The position numbers and the translations under genes were made by a program. Below are positions 30,899 through 41,199 of a stretch of 64,000 bases of DNA, one piece after another (positions within the stretch are counted from its first letter, which is position 1; each line of letters starts with the position of its first letter). The notes beneath the pieces are model-generated. The model worked only from the letters and a program-made list of their open reading frames with translations. It was not told the origin of the DNA and did no database searches. The DNA lies in NCBI GenBank assembly GCA_964589485.1, contig CAZPRK010000005.1:1-64000 (forward strand), in the 5' to 3' direction. Source of the stretch: an uncultured Methanosarcinales archaeon. GTDB lineage: Archaea > Nanobdellota > Nanobdellia > Woesearchaeales > CAYSVS01.

Positions 30899-31339
30899 AT
30901 GCAATGCGATATGTGCGGAAAAAGCGAAGAATATACACTTTTAGCAAATGTTGAAGATGTAAAAATGAATTTATGTAAACCATGTTCTAAATTCGGTAAA
31001 GTAATTAGTCAATCAAATAAAAAACAAACATTTAAACCAAAAATAAAGTCAACTCCTGAAACAATTTTTCTAGTAGTTAATGATTTTGGTAAAAAAATAA
31101 GACAAGCAAGAGATGCCTTAAATCTAACCCAAGAAGAATTGGCTAAAAAGTTAAACGAAAAAGAAAGTTTAATTCAAAAAATAGAATCAGAACATAAGGA
31201 ACCTTCAATTGGAACAGGAAGGAAGTTAGAAAAATTTTTAAGAATAAAATTAATACAAGAACACGAAGAAGTTGCAACAAGTAAAACAGAAAGTTCTAGC
31301 CAAGGAATGACCATCGGTGATATGATTAAGTTAAAGTAA
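30899..31339 (+). CDS. mbf1: archaeal multiprotein bridging factor aMBF1
   Basis: N-terminal CDMCG...CKPC zinc ribbon, Cro-like HTH, TIGD C-terminal motif. Confidence 0.92.
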   Translation: MQCDMCGKSEEYTLLANVEDVKMNLCKPCSKFGKVISQSNKKQTFKPKIKSTPETIFLVVNDFGKKIRQARDALNLTQEELAKKLNEKESLIQKIESEHKEPSIGTGRKLEKFLRIKLIQEHEEVATSKTESSSQGMTIGDMIKLK

Positions 31340-31380
31340 TCAACGCAACATTTTTAAATAACCAATTATATTAATACTCC

Positions 31381-32436
31381 ATGAACTTAGAATATCTTAA
31401 TTTAGTGTTTGGAAATAATACATTACAAGCATATTCATATGCTTTAATCGCGTTCTTTATTTCATACATAATCTTAAAATTCTTCAGATATAGCATATTA
31501 ACTAGACTAGAAAAATTAGCCAAAAAAACAAATACAGAAATAGATGATGTTCTAATAAGCGCAATTAAAGGATTACATGGGTTTTTTTATTTTTTATTAA
31601 GTTTATTCATTGCAATTCAACAATTAGTTGTTCCACAAATACTTACAAAAGTTATACTTTACTTATTAAACATCCTTATTGTGTATTACATTGCAAGCGG
31701 TATAAGTTTATTCATAACTAAAACTACTAGTAAAATTGTAAAAAAGAAAGAAAAAGAAGATCAAATAGATGACATCCCAAGTATTGAATTAATAGGGAAA
31801 GCTTCAAAGGCAATACTTTGGCTTTTCGCAACAGTTTTATTATTATCCAACCTTGGTTATGATGTTTCTACTTTAATTGCAGGGTTAGGAATATCTGGAA
31901 TTGCAATTGCGTTTGCTTTACAAAACATATTAAGCGACATTTTCGCATCTTTCTCTATACATTTTGATAAACCATTCCAAAAAGGAGATTACATAGTTAT
32001 AGGAACAGATTCAGGAACAGTTGAAAAAATAGGAATTAAATCAACTAGAATAAAAACTTTGCAAGGTCAAGAGTTAGTTGTTTCAAATAAAGAATTAACT
32101 ACAACAAGAGTTAATAATTATAAAAAAATGGAAAAAAGAAGAATTGTATTTAACATAGGAGTTACTTATGATACTTCTTCAACAAAACTAGAAAAAATAC
32201 CTAATTTAGTCACAAATATTATTAAAAATCAAAAGTTAGCTGAACCAGACAGAGTTCACTTTAATAATTTTGGAGACTTTAGTTTAGGTTTTGAAATAGT
32301 ATACTACATGCTAGATAGCGATTATACAGTTTATATGGACACTCAAGAAAAAATTAATTTAGATATTAAGAAAGCTTTTGAAAAAGAAAAAATCGAAATG
32401 GCTTTCCCAACTCAAACAATACATATCCAGAAATGA
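31381..32436 (+). CDS. mscS: small-conductance mechanosensitive channel
   Basis: AGLGISGIAIAFALQ, DKPFQKGD, GTVEKIGIKST, AFPTQTIH. Confidence 0.92.
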   Translation: MNLEYLNLVFGNNTLQAYSYALIAFFISYIILKFFRYSILTRLEKLAKKTNTEIDDVLISAIKGLHGFFYFLLSLFIAIQQLVVPQILTKVILYLLNILIVYYIASGISLFITKTTSKIVKKKEKEDQIDDIPSIELIGKASKAILWLFATVLLLSNLGYDVSTLIAGLGISGIAIAFALQNILSDIFASFSIHFDKPFQKGDYIVIGTDSGTVEKIGIKSTRIKTLQGQELVVSNKELTTTRVNNYKKMEKRRIVFNIGVTYDTSSTKLEKIPNLVTNIIKNQKLAEPDRVHFNNFGDFSLGFEIVYYMLDSDYTVYMDTQEKINLDIKKAFEKEKIEMAFPTQTIHIQK

Positions 32437-33011
32437 TAAAAAAATTTGTTAAGAAAGAATTAATCAATGCCGAAAAAGGTCACGATTATAAACATGCCAT
32501 AAGAGTTCTAAAATACGCACAAATAATACAAAATAAAGAAGGCGGAGATTTAAATATTATAGAAGCAGCTGCATTATTACATGACGTTGCAGATTCTAAA
32601 TTTAATAATGAAGAAAAACAGGTTAAAAAGATAGAAGATATTCTAAAAGAAAATAAAAATGAAATTCTACATATTATTAAAAATATAAGTTTTAGAAAAA
32701 AATATGAAGGTAAAAAATCACTTGAATTTCAAATAGTTCAAGATGCAGACATATTAGATGCAATAGGAGCCATAGGTATTGCAAGATCATTTAATTACGG
32801 TGGATACATTAATTTACCAATACATGATAAAAAAATAAAAATAAACCCAGATTATAAACCCACTACAACTATAAATCACTTCCATGAAAAATTATTATTA
32901 CTAAAAGATAAATTAAATACTGAAACTGCAAAAAAAATTGCAGAAAGTAAACATGAATTTATGCTTAAATTTTTAGAAGAGTTCCATAAAGATTGGAATG
33001 TCGAGTACTAA
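32433..33011 (+). CDS. HD domain phosphohydrolase
   Basis: GHDYKH, ALLHD, VQDADILDAIGAIGIAR, HFHEKLL. Confidence 0.9.
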   Translation: MIKKFVKKELINAEKGHDYKHAIRVLKYAQIIQNKEGGDLNIIEAAALLHDVADSKFNNEEKQVKKIEDILKENKNEILHIIKNISFRKKYEGKKSLEFQIVQDADILDAIGAIGIARSFNYGGYINLPIHDKKIKINPDYKPTTTINHFHEKLLLLKDKLNTETAKKIAESKHEFMLKFLEEFHKDWNVEY

Positions 33012-33694
33012 ACTTCACAAGCTTCCTGATTCCCTTTATTACACAAATAACTTACTAGTTGTGAACTCTTCTGAAACCCATAAACTTCTTCATCAACAAC
33101 CAATACAGGATATTTAACAACTCCATATTGTTGTTTTAATAACTCAATTATACCTTTTTCATTTCCATCTAAGGCAAATATAAGTACGTCTTCAGCTAGT
33201 CGTTTCTTAAGAAAATCCAAATGCAACCCTTGATCAATACATAAAGGACAATCTTCTTCAGTGTCAAAGAAATAAAGAATATTGGTATAATTAAGGCTAC
33301 ATAAACTTTTAATTTTTTTAGATAACAACCAATAATCTATTTGAGAAATCGTATACGCTTCTCGCAATTGTTTATAATCTTCATCACTTATTTTATTTTC
33401 CACACTATAATCTTGAATTCTTTGACTTTGTTTATTTAAATTCTTCATTTGAGCCCAAAAAACGTTTGATAATGATGAACAATCTTTATTATCGCTTAAT
33501 TCTGAAGTATATCTATATTGAAGCAACATATTACTATATTCTAATTTAACTTCATTAAGTTCATCTACCATCATTTCACTTCTTTCATACTGCATTATTA
33601 AACCCATAAAAAAACCAAAAAAAAATATTAACATAGTAATAATAAACGCTGCTGCGTATCTTGTTTTTTGAATAGCTTGCCTCATCTTGTCCAA
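33008..33694 (-). CDS. membrane-anchored protein with thioredoxin-like C-terminal domain
   Basis: N-terminal TM helix, CPLC motif, YPVLVV cis-Pro loop. Confidence 0.7.
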   Translation of the reverse strand: MDKMRQAIQKTRYAAAFIITMLIFFFGFFMGLIMQYERSEMMVDELNEVKLEYSNMLLQYRYTSELSDNKDCSSLSNVFWAQMKNLNKQSQRIQDYSVENKISDEDYKQLREAYTISQIDYWLLSKKIKSLCSLNYTNILYFFDTEEDCPLCIDQGLHLDFLKKRLAEDVLIFALDGNEKGIIELLKQQYGVVKYPVLVVDEEVYGFQKSSQLVSYLCNKGNQEACEV

Positions 33695-34938
33695 TCCTCA
33701 TCTTTTGAAAATACTACTTGTCGTAAAGCAACTAACCAAATAAATGCAGTTAATATGCTATAAATAAACAAATATGCAAATGCACTAGGGTACATCCATG
33801 AATGCATTTTCTCTTTATTTAATTTTATCGAAAGATATAACATAAAAATAGATAATACTAATAATGAAACCATTGCAAATACAACAAAAAAATCAAGACT
33901 CCAAAAACTAAAAGTAAATAACATCGATTTTATAATTAATATAATATTAAAATCAAACACATATAATTTATTGAAAAAATGAATTAAACTTTGAAAATTT
34001 CTAATCATTAATAGTGCAACAGCTAATAAAGTAAGAACTCCCCCTAACCCTATTAAAGGCATATGAATCAATCCAAAATCACCATACTCTTTATTGAATA
34101 ACAATTTCTTTCTATAATCTAAAAAATTCAAAAAAGTCCCCCTATACCACCTAATTCTTTGTTTGTAATATTTTTTCAAAGTATCGGGAGATTTAGTATA
34201 AATTATAGCATCTAAACTTTGTTTTAATACATAGTTCTTAGATTGTAATCGTAATGCAATTTCCATATCTTCAGTGTAATGCCCTTTATGAAACCCTCCT
34301 TCTTTCTTAAGAATACTTGTTTTATATACAGTAAAAGGTCCAGGTGCAACGTGAATACAATCTCGTCCTTCCATTAAAGCTTTTAAAAAAATAGAAGTCA
34401 TATATTCTATATGTTGAATTCTTAAAATTAAATTTTTAGGTTTAAAAACTTTCATTATAGGCATGGAAGCAGCTACATTTTCTGAAGTAAATTCTCTTAA
34501 AAGTTGTTTTAATGAATCTTTTGTAACAAAACTATCTGCATCTAAACAAGCAAAATATTTAGAATTAGTTCTATTTAATGCGTTATTTAAAGCTGTAAAC
34601 TTCCCTTGATTTTCTTGATTTAAAACAATAATAGGATAATTTTTTTCTAATTTTTTTAATATTTCTGTTGAGTTATCTGTACTCCCATCATTTACACAAT
34701 ATACTTTTAATTTATCTTTAGGATAATCTAAATCAAATATTGATTTAATTGTACCTTCAATTGTATTTTGTTCATTATAAATTGGAATTGCAATTGAAAC
34801 TTCAGGGAATTCCTTCAAATCTAATAATTTTTTCTGTTTATTTTCTAATAATCCCAAAAACCAAAAAATTGTATAATAGAAAAATATAAGGTATACTCCC
34901 CACAATACAATTTTTATAAACATCGATATAATATCCAT
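33682..34938 (-). CDS. membrane GT2 glycosyltransferase (processive synthase-like)
   Basis: PIYNE, NDGSTD, GKFTALN, LDAD, TEDM, QRIRW (QxxRW) and C-terminal TM helices. Confidence 0.9.
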   Translation of the reverse strand: MDIISMFIKIVLWGVYLIFFYYTIFWFLGLLENKQKKLLDLKEFPEVSIAIPIYNEQNTIEGTIKSIFDLDYPKDKLKVYCVNDGSTDNSTEILKKLEKNYPIIVLNQENQGKFTALNNALNRTNSKYFACLDADSFVTKDSLKQLLREFTSENVAASMPIMKVFKPKNLILRIQHIEYMTSIFLKALMEGRDCIHVAPGPFTVYKTSILKKEGGFHKGHYTEDMEIALRLQSKNYVLKQSLDAIIYTKSPDTLKKYYKQRIRWYRGTFLNFLDYRKKLLFNKEYGDFGLIHMPLIGLGGVLTLLAVALLMIRNFQSLIHFFNKLYVFDFNIILIIKSMLFTFSFWSLDFFVVFAMVSLLVLSIFMLYLSIKLNKEKMHSWMYPSAFAYLFIYSILTAFIWLVALRQVVFSKDEDWTR

Positions 34939-36248
34939 TAATTATCCCTTTTTATTTTCCAAATCTGCATACCATCATCATAAACTTTTTCAAAAGTTTC
35001 ATTATTCCTTAAAAGAAACAATAATCCTGAATCTTTTTTCTTCCAAAGCGAAGATTTCATGTTTTCATCAATAAAAACATATGTGAAATTTAAGTCATTT
35101 GCAAGAGATTTTGCATTTTTTAAATTTCTAGTATGAAAGAACTCATTAGAGTTTTTAAGCTTTTTCAAATAATAAGGTGAAATGTAACCATCCAGTACAA
35201 CTTTTCTGTCTGAGAAATATTGAATCCAAAAACCATTTTCAGGCGATGAAAGAATAATATCATTTTCATCCACATTATTTTTTAACCAAAAAGAGCCATT
35301 AATAATTTCATCAGAAGGACTAACTGAATTAATAAACATAGAAGAAAATAAAATACCAAATATAGTTGCCAAAATTGAAAATTTTTTCAAATCTTTTAAT
35401 TCCCAATTTGAATGAAATAAGTTATATAACCCAAGTCCTCCAAAGTATGCAACCAATAAATTAGCAAAAAGTAAAGTATCATTTCCAATTAAAAAAGCTA
35501 AAGAAGATAATAAAAGTAAATATAATAACAATAGTTTAGATTTATTACTAAAACTCAAATAATAAAGTACCAACAGTAAAGTAAAAACACTAAACCCAAA
35601 AAAAGAACCAAAGTCATGAATTAAGCTTATATTTAAAAAAAATAATCCAGATGAAATTCCATGGCTAAAATAAAAATTTGCATGATAAAATAAAGATAAT
35701 AAGAACAATAAAAATATAAAAAAATAGTTTTTATTTTTTAAGTTCCTATAATATAATAATAAAAACATAAAAAGCACTAAAGTATTAATAATAGGGAAAA
35801 AAGGAATTAACAGAAGAAAATAACTTTTTTTAGTATCTAAATAATATAGTCCAAATAACATAATAATTAAAGCTAAAACACTTGCATTTGTTACAAATAA
35901 AGATTTAATAAATATTGGAGATAACACAAATACACTCAAAATAAAAGGCATAGTATCTTTATCTAATTTTTTAAGCCATAAAAAAACCATTAAAGCTAAA
36001 CCTATACTCAAAATTAAAGGTAATACTTTAATTGCCAAAACATCTCCTAAAATGATAACAAACCATCCTAATACAAAATGATAAGGGTTAGGTTTAATTG
36101 TTCTATCAGAAATATCATCATAAAAGTCACCAGTTACTACTTGTTTTGAAATTCTTAAATCATAATAGTTTTCTGTACCCATAGAGTAAATATTAGTAGA
36201 TAAAACAAAAATTATCAATATTAACAAATAAATTCCCAATCCATACAT
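34938..36248 (-). CDS. polytopic membrane protein, GT-C-like
   Basis: Many TM helices plus soluble C-terminal domain (WLKNN...IILS.PENGFWI...YVFI). Confidence 0.65.
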   Translation of the reverse strand: MYGLGIYLLILIIFVLSTNIYSMGTENYYDLRISKQVVTGDFYDDISDRTIKPNPYHFVLGWFVIILGDVLAIKVLPLILSIGLALMVFLWLKKLDKDTMPFILSVFVLSPIFIKSLFVTNASVLALIIMLFGLYYLDTKKSYFLLLIPFFPIINTLVLFMFLLLYYRNLKNKNYFFIFLLFLLSLFYHANFYFSHGISSGLFFLNISLIHDFGSFFGFSVFTLLLVLYYLSFSNKSKLLLLYLLLLSSLAFLIGNDTLLFANLLVAYFGGLGLYNLFHSNWELKDLKKFSILATIFGILFSSMFINSVSPSDEIINGSFWLKNNVDENDIILSSPENGFWIQYFSDRKVVLDGYISPYYLKKLKNSNEFFHTRNLKNAKSLANDLNFTYVFIDENMKSSLWKKKDSGLLFLLRNNETFEKVYDDGMQIWKIKRDN

Positions 36249-36259
36249 TACTTTTTTAT

Positions 36260-37705
36260 TTATTTTGATCCACCAATTTTACATTTTACTTTTAAAATAT
36301 TTGGAGATTGTATTTCAAAACAACTTTCATCATATGAAGATATATTCTTACCAGATAATAAAATATAATCTACATCATATTTTTCAAGTAATTTTATTGA
36401 ATCTGTCATATATGGAGTTACAAAAATTTTATTTACTTCAATGAAATATTGATTAGGGTTTTTAATATAATAAAAATCAAGATCAAAAACATTTTTTCTT
36501 TCTGCAACTTGATTAATCATAAAACCATTTTCTGCATTTGATAAAATAATACTATTTTCAGGCGTATTTTCCTTAATCCAATGTAAATCATCTAAAAGTT
36601 TATCTGAAGGGTATTCAATATTGAGTGCGTAAACAAATGAAGAAAGTAATGAACTTACAAAAATTAAACAAAATAAAACAAATATAAAATATTTACTTAA
36701 ATGTGAAACTTTTGTTTTTTGAAAATAATATAAAGCTCCATTTACAAATACACCAAATAAAATAGTTAAACATAAACCTAATAAAGATAAACCTAAACTA
36801 AGTTCTATTAATTTTAACCATAATAACAACAAAACTACTAAAGTTAAACTTATTATAAAATAAACTTCTTTTGTTTCTTTTTTAAATATTTGCCAATACA
36901 TAATAAAAATTCCAAATAAAAATGGAAATAATCCTATTTGAAATATACCTGATAAAATATTAAAGTTTGAAAAGTATTGAAAGAGTATAGTTTGAGGAAC
37001 ATTTGCCCAAATTAAAGAATATCCTATATTTGAAATTAATTTTTGATATAATATTAAATTTAACCACATGGAAATAAAAGTTGTAAATACAATAATTTCA
37101 TTTGAGGATTTTAATTCTTTTATTCCTGCGCTTTTTAATAATGCCAAATAAATTAATAATCCAAAAACTAAAATTAGTACAACAGAAGACGTAAAGGTTA
37201 AAATTAATAAAGTAATTAAATAGTAATTCAAATATTTCTTATTATCTAAAAAATATGCAACACACAAAAATAATAATGGAAGGGCTAGACTAAATGGTGA
37301 AATAGTATTTATTGTATTTACAAAAAACACAGGAATAAAAGCTGAAGTAAATGCAGAAAATAAAGATGCAACATTGTTTTTAGTTAATTGATAGACAATG
37401 TAATATATAACAAACACTATTGAAGACGCAAATAAACTAGGTAATATTTTTACAACAAATTCTATAGGTAAAAATTTAGAAAATAATGCAAGTATATAAT
37501 AAAATAAAGGCAAATAAAAAGATTTACTTCCACCATAACTTAATGGATTATCCATCAACATTTTTCCTGTTTCTGCAGTATATTCAACTCTTTCCAAATG
37601 TAAATACGCATCATGTACAAAAGTTGGAGATTGAAATGAAAAATAAATTCTCATTATAAGACTGACTAAGAATATAACATACAAAGTCTTATTTTTCCAT
37701 AACAT
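36260..37705 (-). CDS. polytopic membrane protein, GT-C (PMT/STT3-like) glycosyltransferase
   Basis: DAYLH loop, YLPLFYY, many TM helices, WIKENTPENSIILS...KYDVDYIL. Confidence 0.7.
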   Translation of the reverse strand: MLWKNKTLYVIFLVSLIMRIYFSFQSPTFVHDAYLHLERVEYTAETGKMLMDNPLSYGGSKSFYLPLFYYILALFSKFLPIEFVVKILPSLFASSIVFVIYYIVYQLTKNNVASLFSAFTSAFIPVFFVNTINTISPFSLALPLLFLCVAYFLDNKKYLNYYLITLLILTFTSSVVLILVFGLLIYLALLKSAGIKELKSSNEIIVFTTFISMWLNLILYQKLISNIGYSLIWANVPQTILFQYFSNFNILSGIFQIGLFPFLFGIFIMYWQIFKKETKEVYFIISLTLVVLLLLWLKLIELSLGLSLLGLCLTILFGVFVNGALYYFQKTKVSHLSKYFIFVLFCLIFVSSLLSSFVYALNIEYPSDKLLDDLHWIKENTPENSIILSNAENGFMINQVAERKNVFDLDFYYIKNPNQYFIEVNKIFVTPYMTDSIKLLEKYDVDYILLSGKNISSYDESCFEIQSPNILKVKCKIGGSK

Positions 37706-37777
37706 TTAGAGTTAACTTATCTCAGTATTTAAAAGAATATCGCAAACCTTTTTAAATAATTCACATTATCAAAAATT

Positions 37778-38467
37778 ATGAGTAATTTAATAAGTTCTGG
37801 TTCTGAAGTGCTTGATTTCATACTTGGAGGAGGGCTAGAAAAAGATGTTGTAACTACCATCTACGGCCCTAGTGGAAGCGGAAAAACTAATCTATGTATT
37901 GTTGCAATTGCAAATGTTGCAAAAGATGATAAAAAAGTATTATTTCTAGATACAGAAGGTGGATTTTCAGTTGAAAGAATAAAACAAATAGATGACAATT
38001 ATGAAAATATTTTAAAAAATGTAATTTTTTTTAAACCAACTTCGTTCAGTGAACAAAAAGATGCTTTTGAAAAATTAAAAGAAATTGTTGATGAAAAAAT
38101 TGGTTTAATAGTAATAGATAGTATTGCTATGTTATACAGGTTAGAAATTGGAAAAAGTGATGATATTTATAATATTAATAGAGAATTAGGACAACAAATT
38201 TCTTATTTAACTGAAATTGCAAGAAAAAAAAACATTCCAGTATTATTAACAAATCAAGTTTATTCTAATTTTGATGATAAAACTAGACTTAACATGGTTG
38301 GTGGAGATATTCTAAAATATGGAAGTAAATGTTTAATCGAATTAACTTTAGATGAAGTTACAAGAAAAAGAAAAGCAGTATTAAAAAAACATAGATTTCT
38401 TCCAGAAAATATCGAAATGGAATTTAAAATTGAAGAAAAAGGAGTTTTTCAAATTACTCCTCAGTAA
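37778..38467 (+). CDS. radB: DNA repair protein RadB
   Basis: GPSGSGKT, DTEGGFS.ER, IVIDS, TNQVY, RadB-specific KHR motif. Confidence 0.93.
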   Translation: MSNLISSGSEVLDFILGGGLEKDVVTTIYGPSGSGKTNLCIVAIANVAKDDKKVLFLDTEGGFSVERIKQIDDNYENILKNVIFFKPTSFSEQKDAFEKLKEIVDEKIGLIVIDSIAMLYRLEIGKSDDIYNINRELGQQISYLTEIARKKNIPVLLTNQVYSNFDDKTRLNMVGGDILKYGSKCLIELTLDEVTRKRKAVLKKHRFLPENIEMEFKIEEKGVFQITPQ

Positions 38468-39050
38468 AATCTTCAACAGTAAAATCAGGTTCTTTGTCAA
38501 GCAAACCTTTATTTTTTAGATATTCTTTAGCTAGAATGTAAAACAATAATCCTAAACTTTTTTTTCCTTTATTATTACAAGGCATAACTAAATCAATATT
38601 ATTTGCTTGATTATTTGTATCGCATAAAGCTAATACTGGAATTCCAATTTTAATTGCATCTTTAATTGCATTTCTGTCAGGCCAAGAATCTGTAACCAAT
38701 AAAACTTTTGCTTCTTTATATAATTCCAAAGAAGGGTTAGTTAGTATTCCAGGCGGATAACGACCAGCAAAATATTGAGCTCCAATAACTTTTCCAAAAT
38801 TTCTTACAGATTTCCAACCATTTTCTCTTCTACTAACAACCAATATATCCTTTGGCTCAAATTGTGATAAGAAATTTGCAGCTAATTTTAACCTTTCATC
38901 TATTTTCTGTAAATTTAAAACACTTAATCCATCTGGTCTTGTTTTATATATAAATTGAGACATATATTTTGTCTTAAATTTTGTTCCAATATGTATTCCA
39001 GTTTTTAGGTATACATCTGTTGCTACTAAAAAATTTTTATTTTCTGTCAT
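38454..39050 (-). CDS. rps2: 30S ribosomal protein uS2
   Basis: YLKTGIHIGT, RPDGL, GRYPPGILTNP, PCNNKG; ATG at 39050 preceded by GAGGAG. Confidence 0.95.
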   Translation of the reverse strand: MTENKNFLVATDVYLKTGIHIGTKFKTKYMSQFIYKTRPDGLSVLNLQKIDERLKLAANFLSQFEPKDILVVSRRENGWKSVRNFGKVIGAQYFAGRYPPGILTNPSLELYKEAKVLLVTDSWPDRNAIKDAIKIGIPVLALCDTNNQANNIDLVMPCNNKGKKSLGLLFYILAKEYLKNKGLLDKEPDFTVEDFTEE

Positions 39051-39200
39051 TTTATTTCTCCTCTGTGATTTTTCTTGCCTCACACAGATATTCGATTAAC
39101 TCATAGTCGAGTAAATCACTTGGCTATACTTTTTAAAAAAAAGAACTTTATTTATAAAACTATTGGTTAAATTTATATTCATTTAGTTCATTCTAATTAT

Positions 39201-40205
39201 ATGACTCTACCAACTATAGCATTTATGTTAGATTTTGATGATACATTAAGTTCTGTATATCAACAAGAACCTTTATTTCAAGATAATTTTGATAAAATTA
39301 AAAGTTTATATGATGAACTTGGAATTAAATTTAATACTCCGCTTGATTATTTTAACAGAACAGAAAGTTTAGGGCTAAATAGAGGCGTTGGATTTTTAAC
39401 AACAATGATTTGGGACGCTGCTGAAGGTAAACCACTTGAAGGCTTAACATTAGAAAGATTAACAGAATCAGGAAAACGTATTACTCCAGCTACAGGAATT
39501 CCTGACTTTTTTCCAAATATAAAACAAGAATTTAATGGAAAAGCTAATATTGAATTTTATATTGTATCTGTAGGAATAAGCCATATAATTGAAGGTTTTT
39601 TAACAGAACATAATTTAACTGGAATTATTTCTGGTGTTGCAGGAGCTGAATTTACAATTAATAATGAAGGCGTTATTAACGGAATTAAAAAAGCAGTAAC
39701 TCCATTTGAAAAAAATGCACCTATAATTGAATTTGCAAAAGGTGGTGAAAAAACTTTAGATAAATTAATGAATAAAGAAGATTATGCATTGGAGTATAAC
39801 AAAATAATAGCAATAGGAGATGGGTTTAGCGATATTGCAATGTTATCTCAAACAAAGAAAAAAGGAGGAACTGCCGTATGCGTTTACAAACCTGAAGATT
39901 TAAAAGCATTTTCCAGAGCTAAACAACTACTTCCAAGAATAAACTATTTATTACCAAGAGATTATAGTTCAAGAAGTCAAACTTATGAATTACTTTGTGA
40001 AGCTGTTCAAAGAAAAATTGATGCTGTTTGTAATTATGACCCAGAAGTTTTACATAAATTTGGAAAAAGTGAATTAAAAAATGAAGGGTTAAGAAATGTA
40101 ACACTAAACCACATTGATAATTGTGGTGAGTGTCCAACTTACTTTACAAAAACAATAGTAACTCCAAATGGAGTTGTAGAAATTAAAAAATCAGAATTTA
40201 AATAA
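39201..40205 (+). CDS. HAD-like hydrolase with C-terminal HxxxCxxC extension
   Basis: LDFDDTL, IVSVG, IGDGFSD motifs; HIDNCGEC near the C-terminus. Confidence 0.8.
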   Translation: MTLPTIAFMLDFDDTLSSVYQQEPLFQDNFDKIKSLYDELGIKFNTPLDYFNRTESLGLNRGVGFLTTMIWDAAEGKPLEGLTLERLTESGKRITPATGIPDFFPNIKQEFNGKANIEFYIVSVGISHIIEGFLTEHNLTGIISGVAGAEFTINNEGVINGIKKAVTPFEKNAPIIEFAKGGEKTLDKLMNKEDYALEYNKIIAIGDGFSDIAMLSQTKKKGGTAVCVYKPEDLKAFSRAKQLLPRINYLLPRDYSSRSQTYELLCEAVQRKIDAVCNYDPEVLHKFGKSELKNEGLRNVTLNHIDNCGECPTYFTKTIVTPNGVVEIKKSEFK

Positions 40206-40212
40206 AAAAAAT

Positions 40213-40746
40213 TTAATTTTCTTTCTTCTCTTCAGTATCATCTGAACTAGTTTCTTCAGCAGCTTCTTCACTTGAATCAGCATCATCTGAACTAGTTTCT
40301 TCAGCAGCTTCTTCACTTGAATCAGTATCATCTGAACTAGTTTCTTCAGTAGCATCTTCTTGTTCAATAGAATCAGTATTAAATTCTTCTTTCTCTTCAT
40401 CATCTAACAATTCACTACCGAAATCATCACTGTCTTCGTGTGTTTCTTCTACATGATCTACTTGAGGTACTTCTTGAGTATTTTCACTTTCTGAACTTTC
40501 TACTGGAGCTTGAGCTTGACCAACTACTTCGCCAAATCCCAAATTTTTGAATACTTTAGTAATTTTAACTCTAACTTCATCTCCTGTGTTAGTATTTGGA
40601 ACAAAGATAACAAAGCCTTTTACTTTTGCAACTCCATCTCCTTTTTCACCAACAGATTCGATTTTAACATCTGCTTCTTCTCCAACTTGAACTGGAGCTA
40701 AATTTTGTTTTGGTTTTCCATAATTTCCGTACATAAAACAATTCAC
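40213..40746 (-). CDS. TRAM domain RNA-binding protein with long acidic repeat tail
   Basis: PVQVGE...IESVGEKGDGVAKVKGFVIFVP...G single-TRAM motif; EETSSDD repeats. Confidence 0.88.
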   Translation of the reverse strand: MNCFMYGNYGKPKQNLAPVQVGEEADVKIESVGEKGDGVAKVKGFVIFVPNTNTGDEVRVKITKVFKNLGFGEVVGQAQAPVESSESENTQEVPQVDHVEETHEDSDDFGSELLDDEEKEEFNTDSIEQEDATEETSSDDTDSSEEAAEETSSDDADSSEEAAEETSSDDTEEKKEN

Positions 40747-40859
40747 CTTTTAATCTATTTTTGCGCCTCTTAAGCACATAAAATCATGTATTGAAAAGTA
40801 CTATTTAAATCTATTGCTTAGAAATATTTAAATAATATCGAACATTAAGTTGTAAAAAT

Positions 40860-41198
40860 ATGAAACAAGTAATACTTATCAGGGAAGACCTTAAATTACC
40901 AAAAGGTAAGATGGCAGCGCAATCGGCTCACGCTGCTGTAGAAGCAGTACTCAAAGGAGATAAAAAAATAATTAAAAAATGGCATCAAGAAGGTCAAAAA
41001 AAAGTAGTATTAAAAGTAAAAAGCAAAGAAGAATTATTCAAATTATGTCAAGAAGCTAAAGACAACGGAATTATTACTAGCGTAATTACAGATGCAGGAA
41101 AAACAGTTGTAGCTCCTGGAACAACTACTTGTGGAGCTATTGGCCCAGATGAAGATAAAAATATTGATTCAATAACTAATAAACTAAAAATGATGTAA
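40860..41198 (+). CDS. pth2: peptidyl-tRNA hydrolase Pth2
   Basis: KQVILIREDL, GKMAAQSAHA, GQKKVVLK, DAGKT, IGP. Confidence 0.95.
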   Translation: MKQVILIREDLKLPKGKMAAQSAHAAVEAVLKGDKKIIKKWHQEGQKKVVLKVKSKEELFKLCQEAKDNGIITSVITDAGKTVVAPGTTTCGAIGPDEDKNIDSITNKLKMM

Positions 41199-41199
41199 A

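Noticed and set aside
40191..40403. Repetitive 70-aa ORF
   Set aside because: Alternative frame of the TRAM protein tail repeats.
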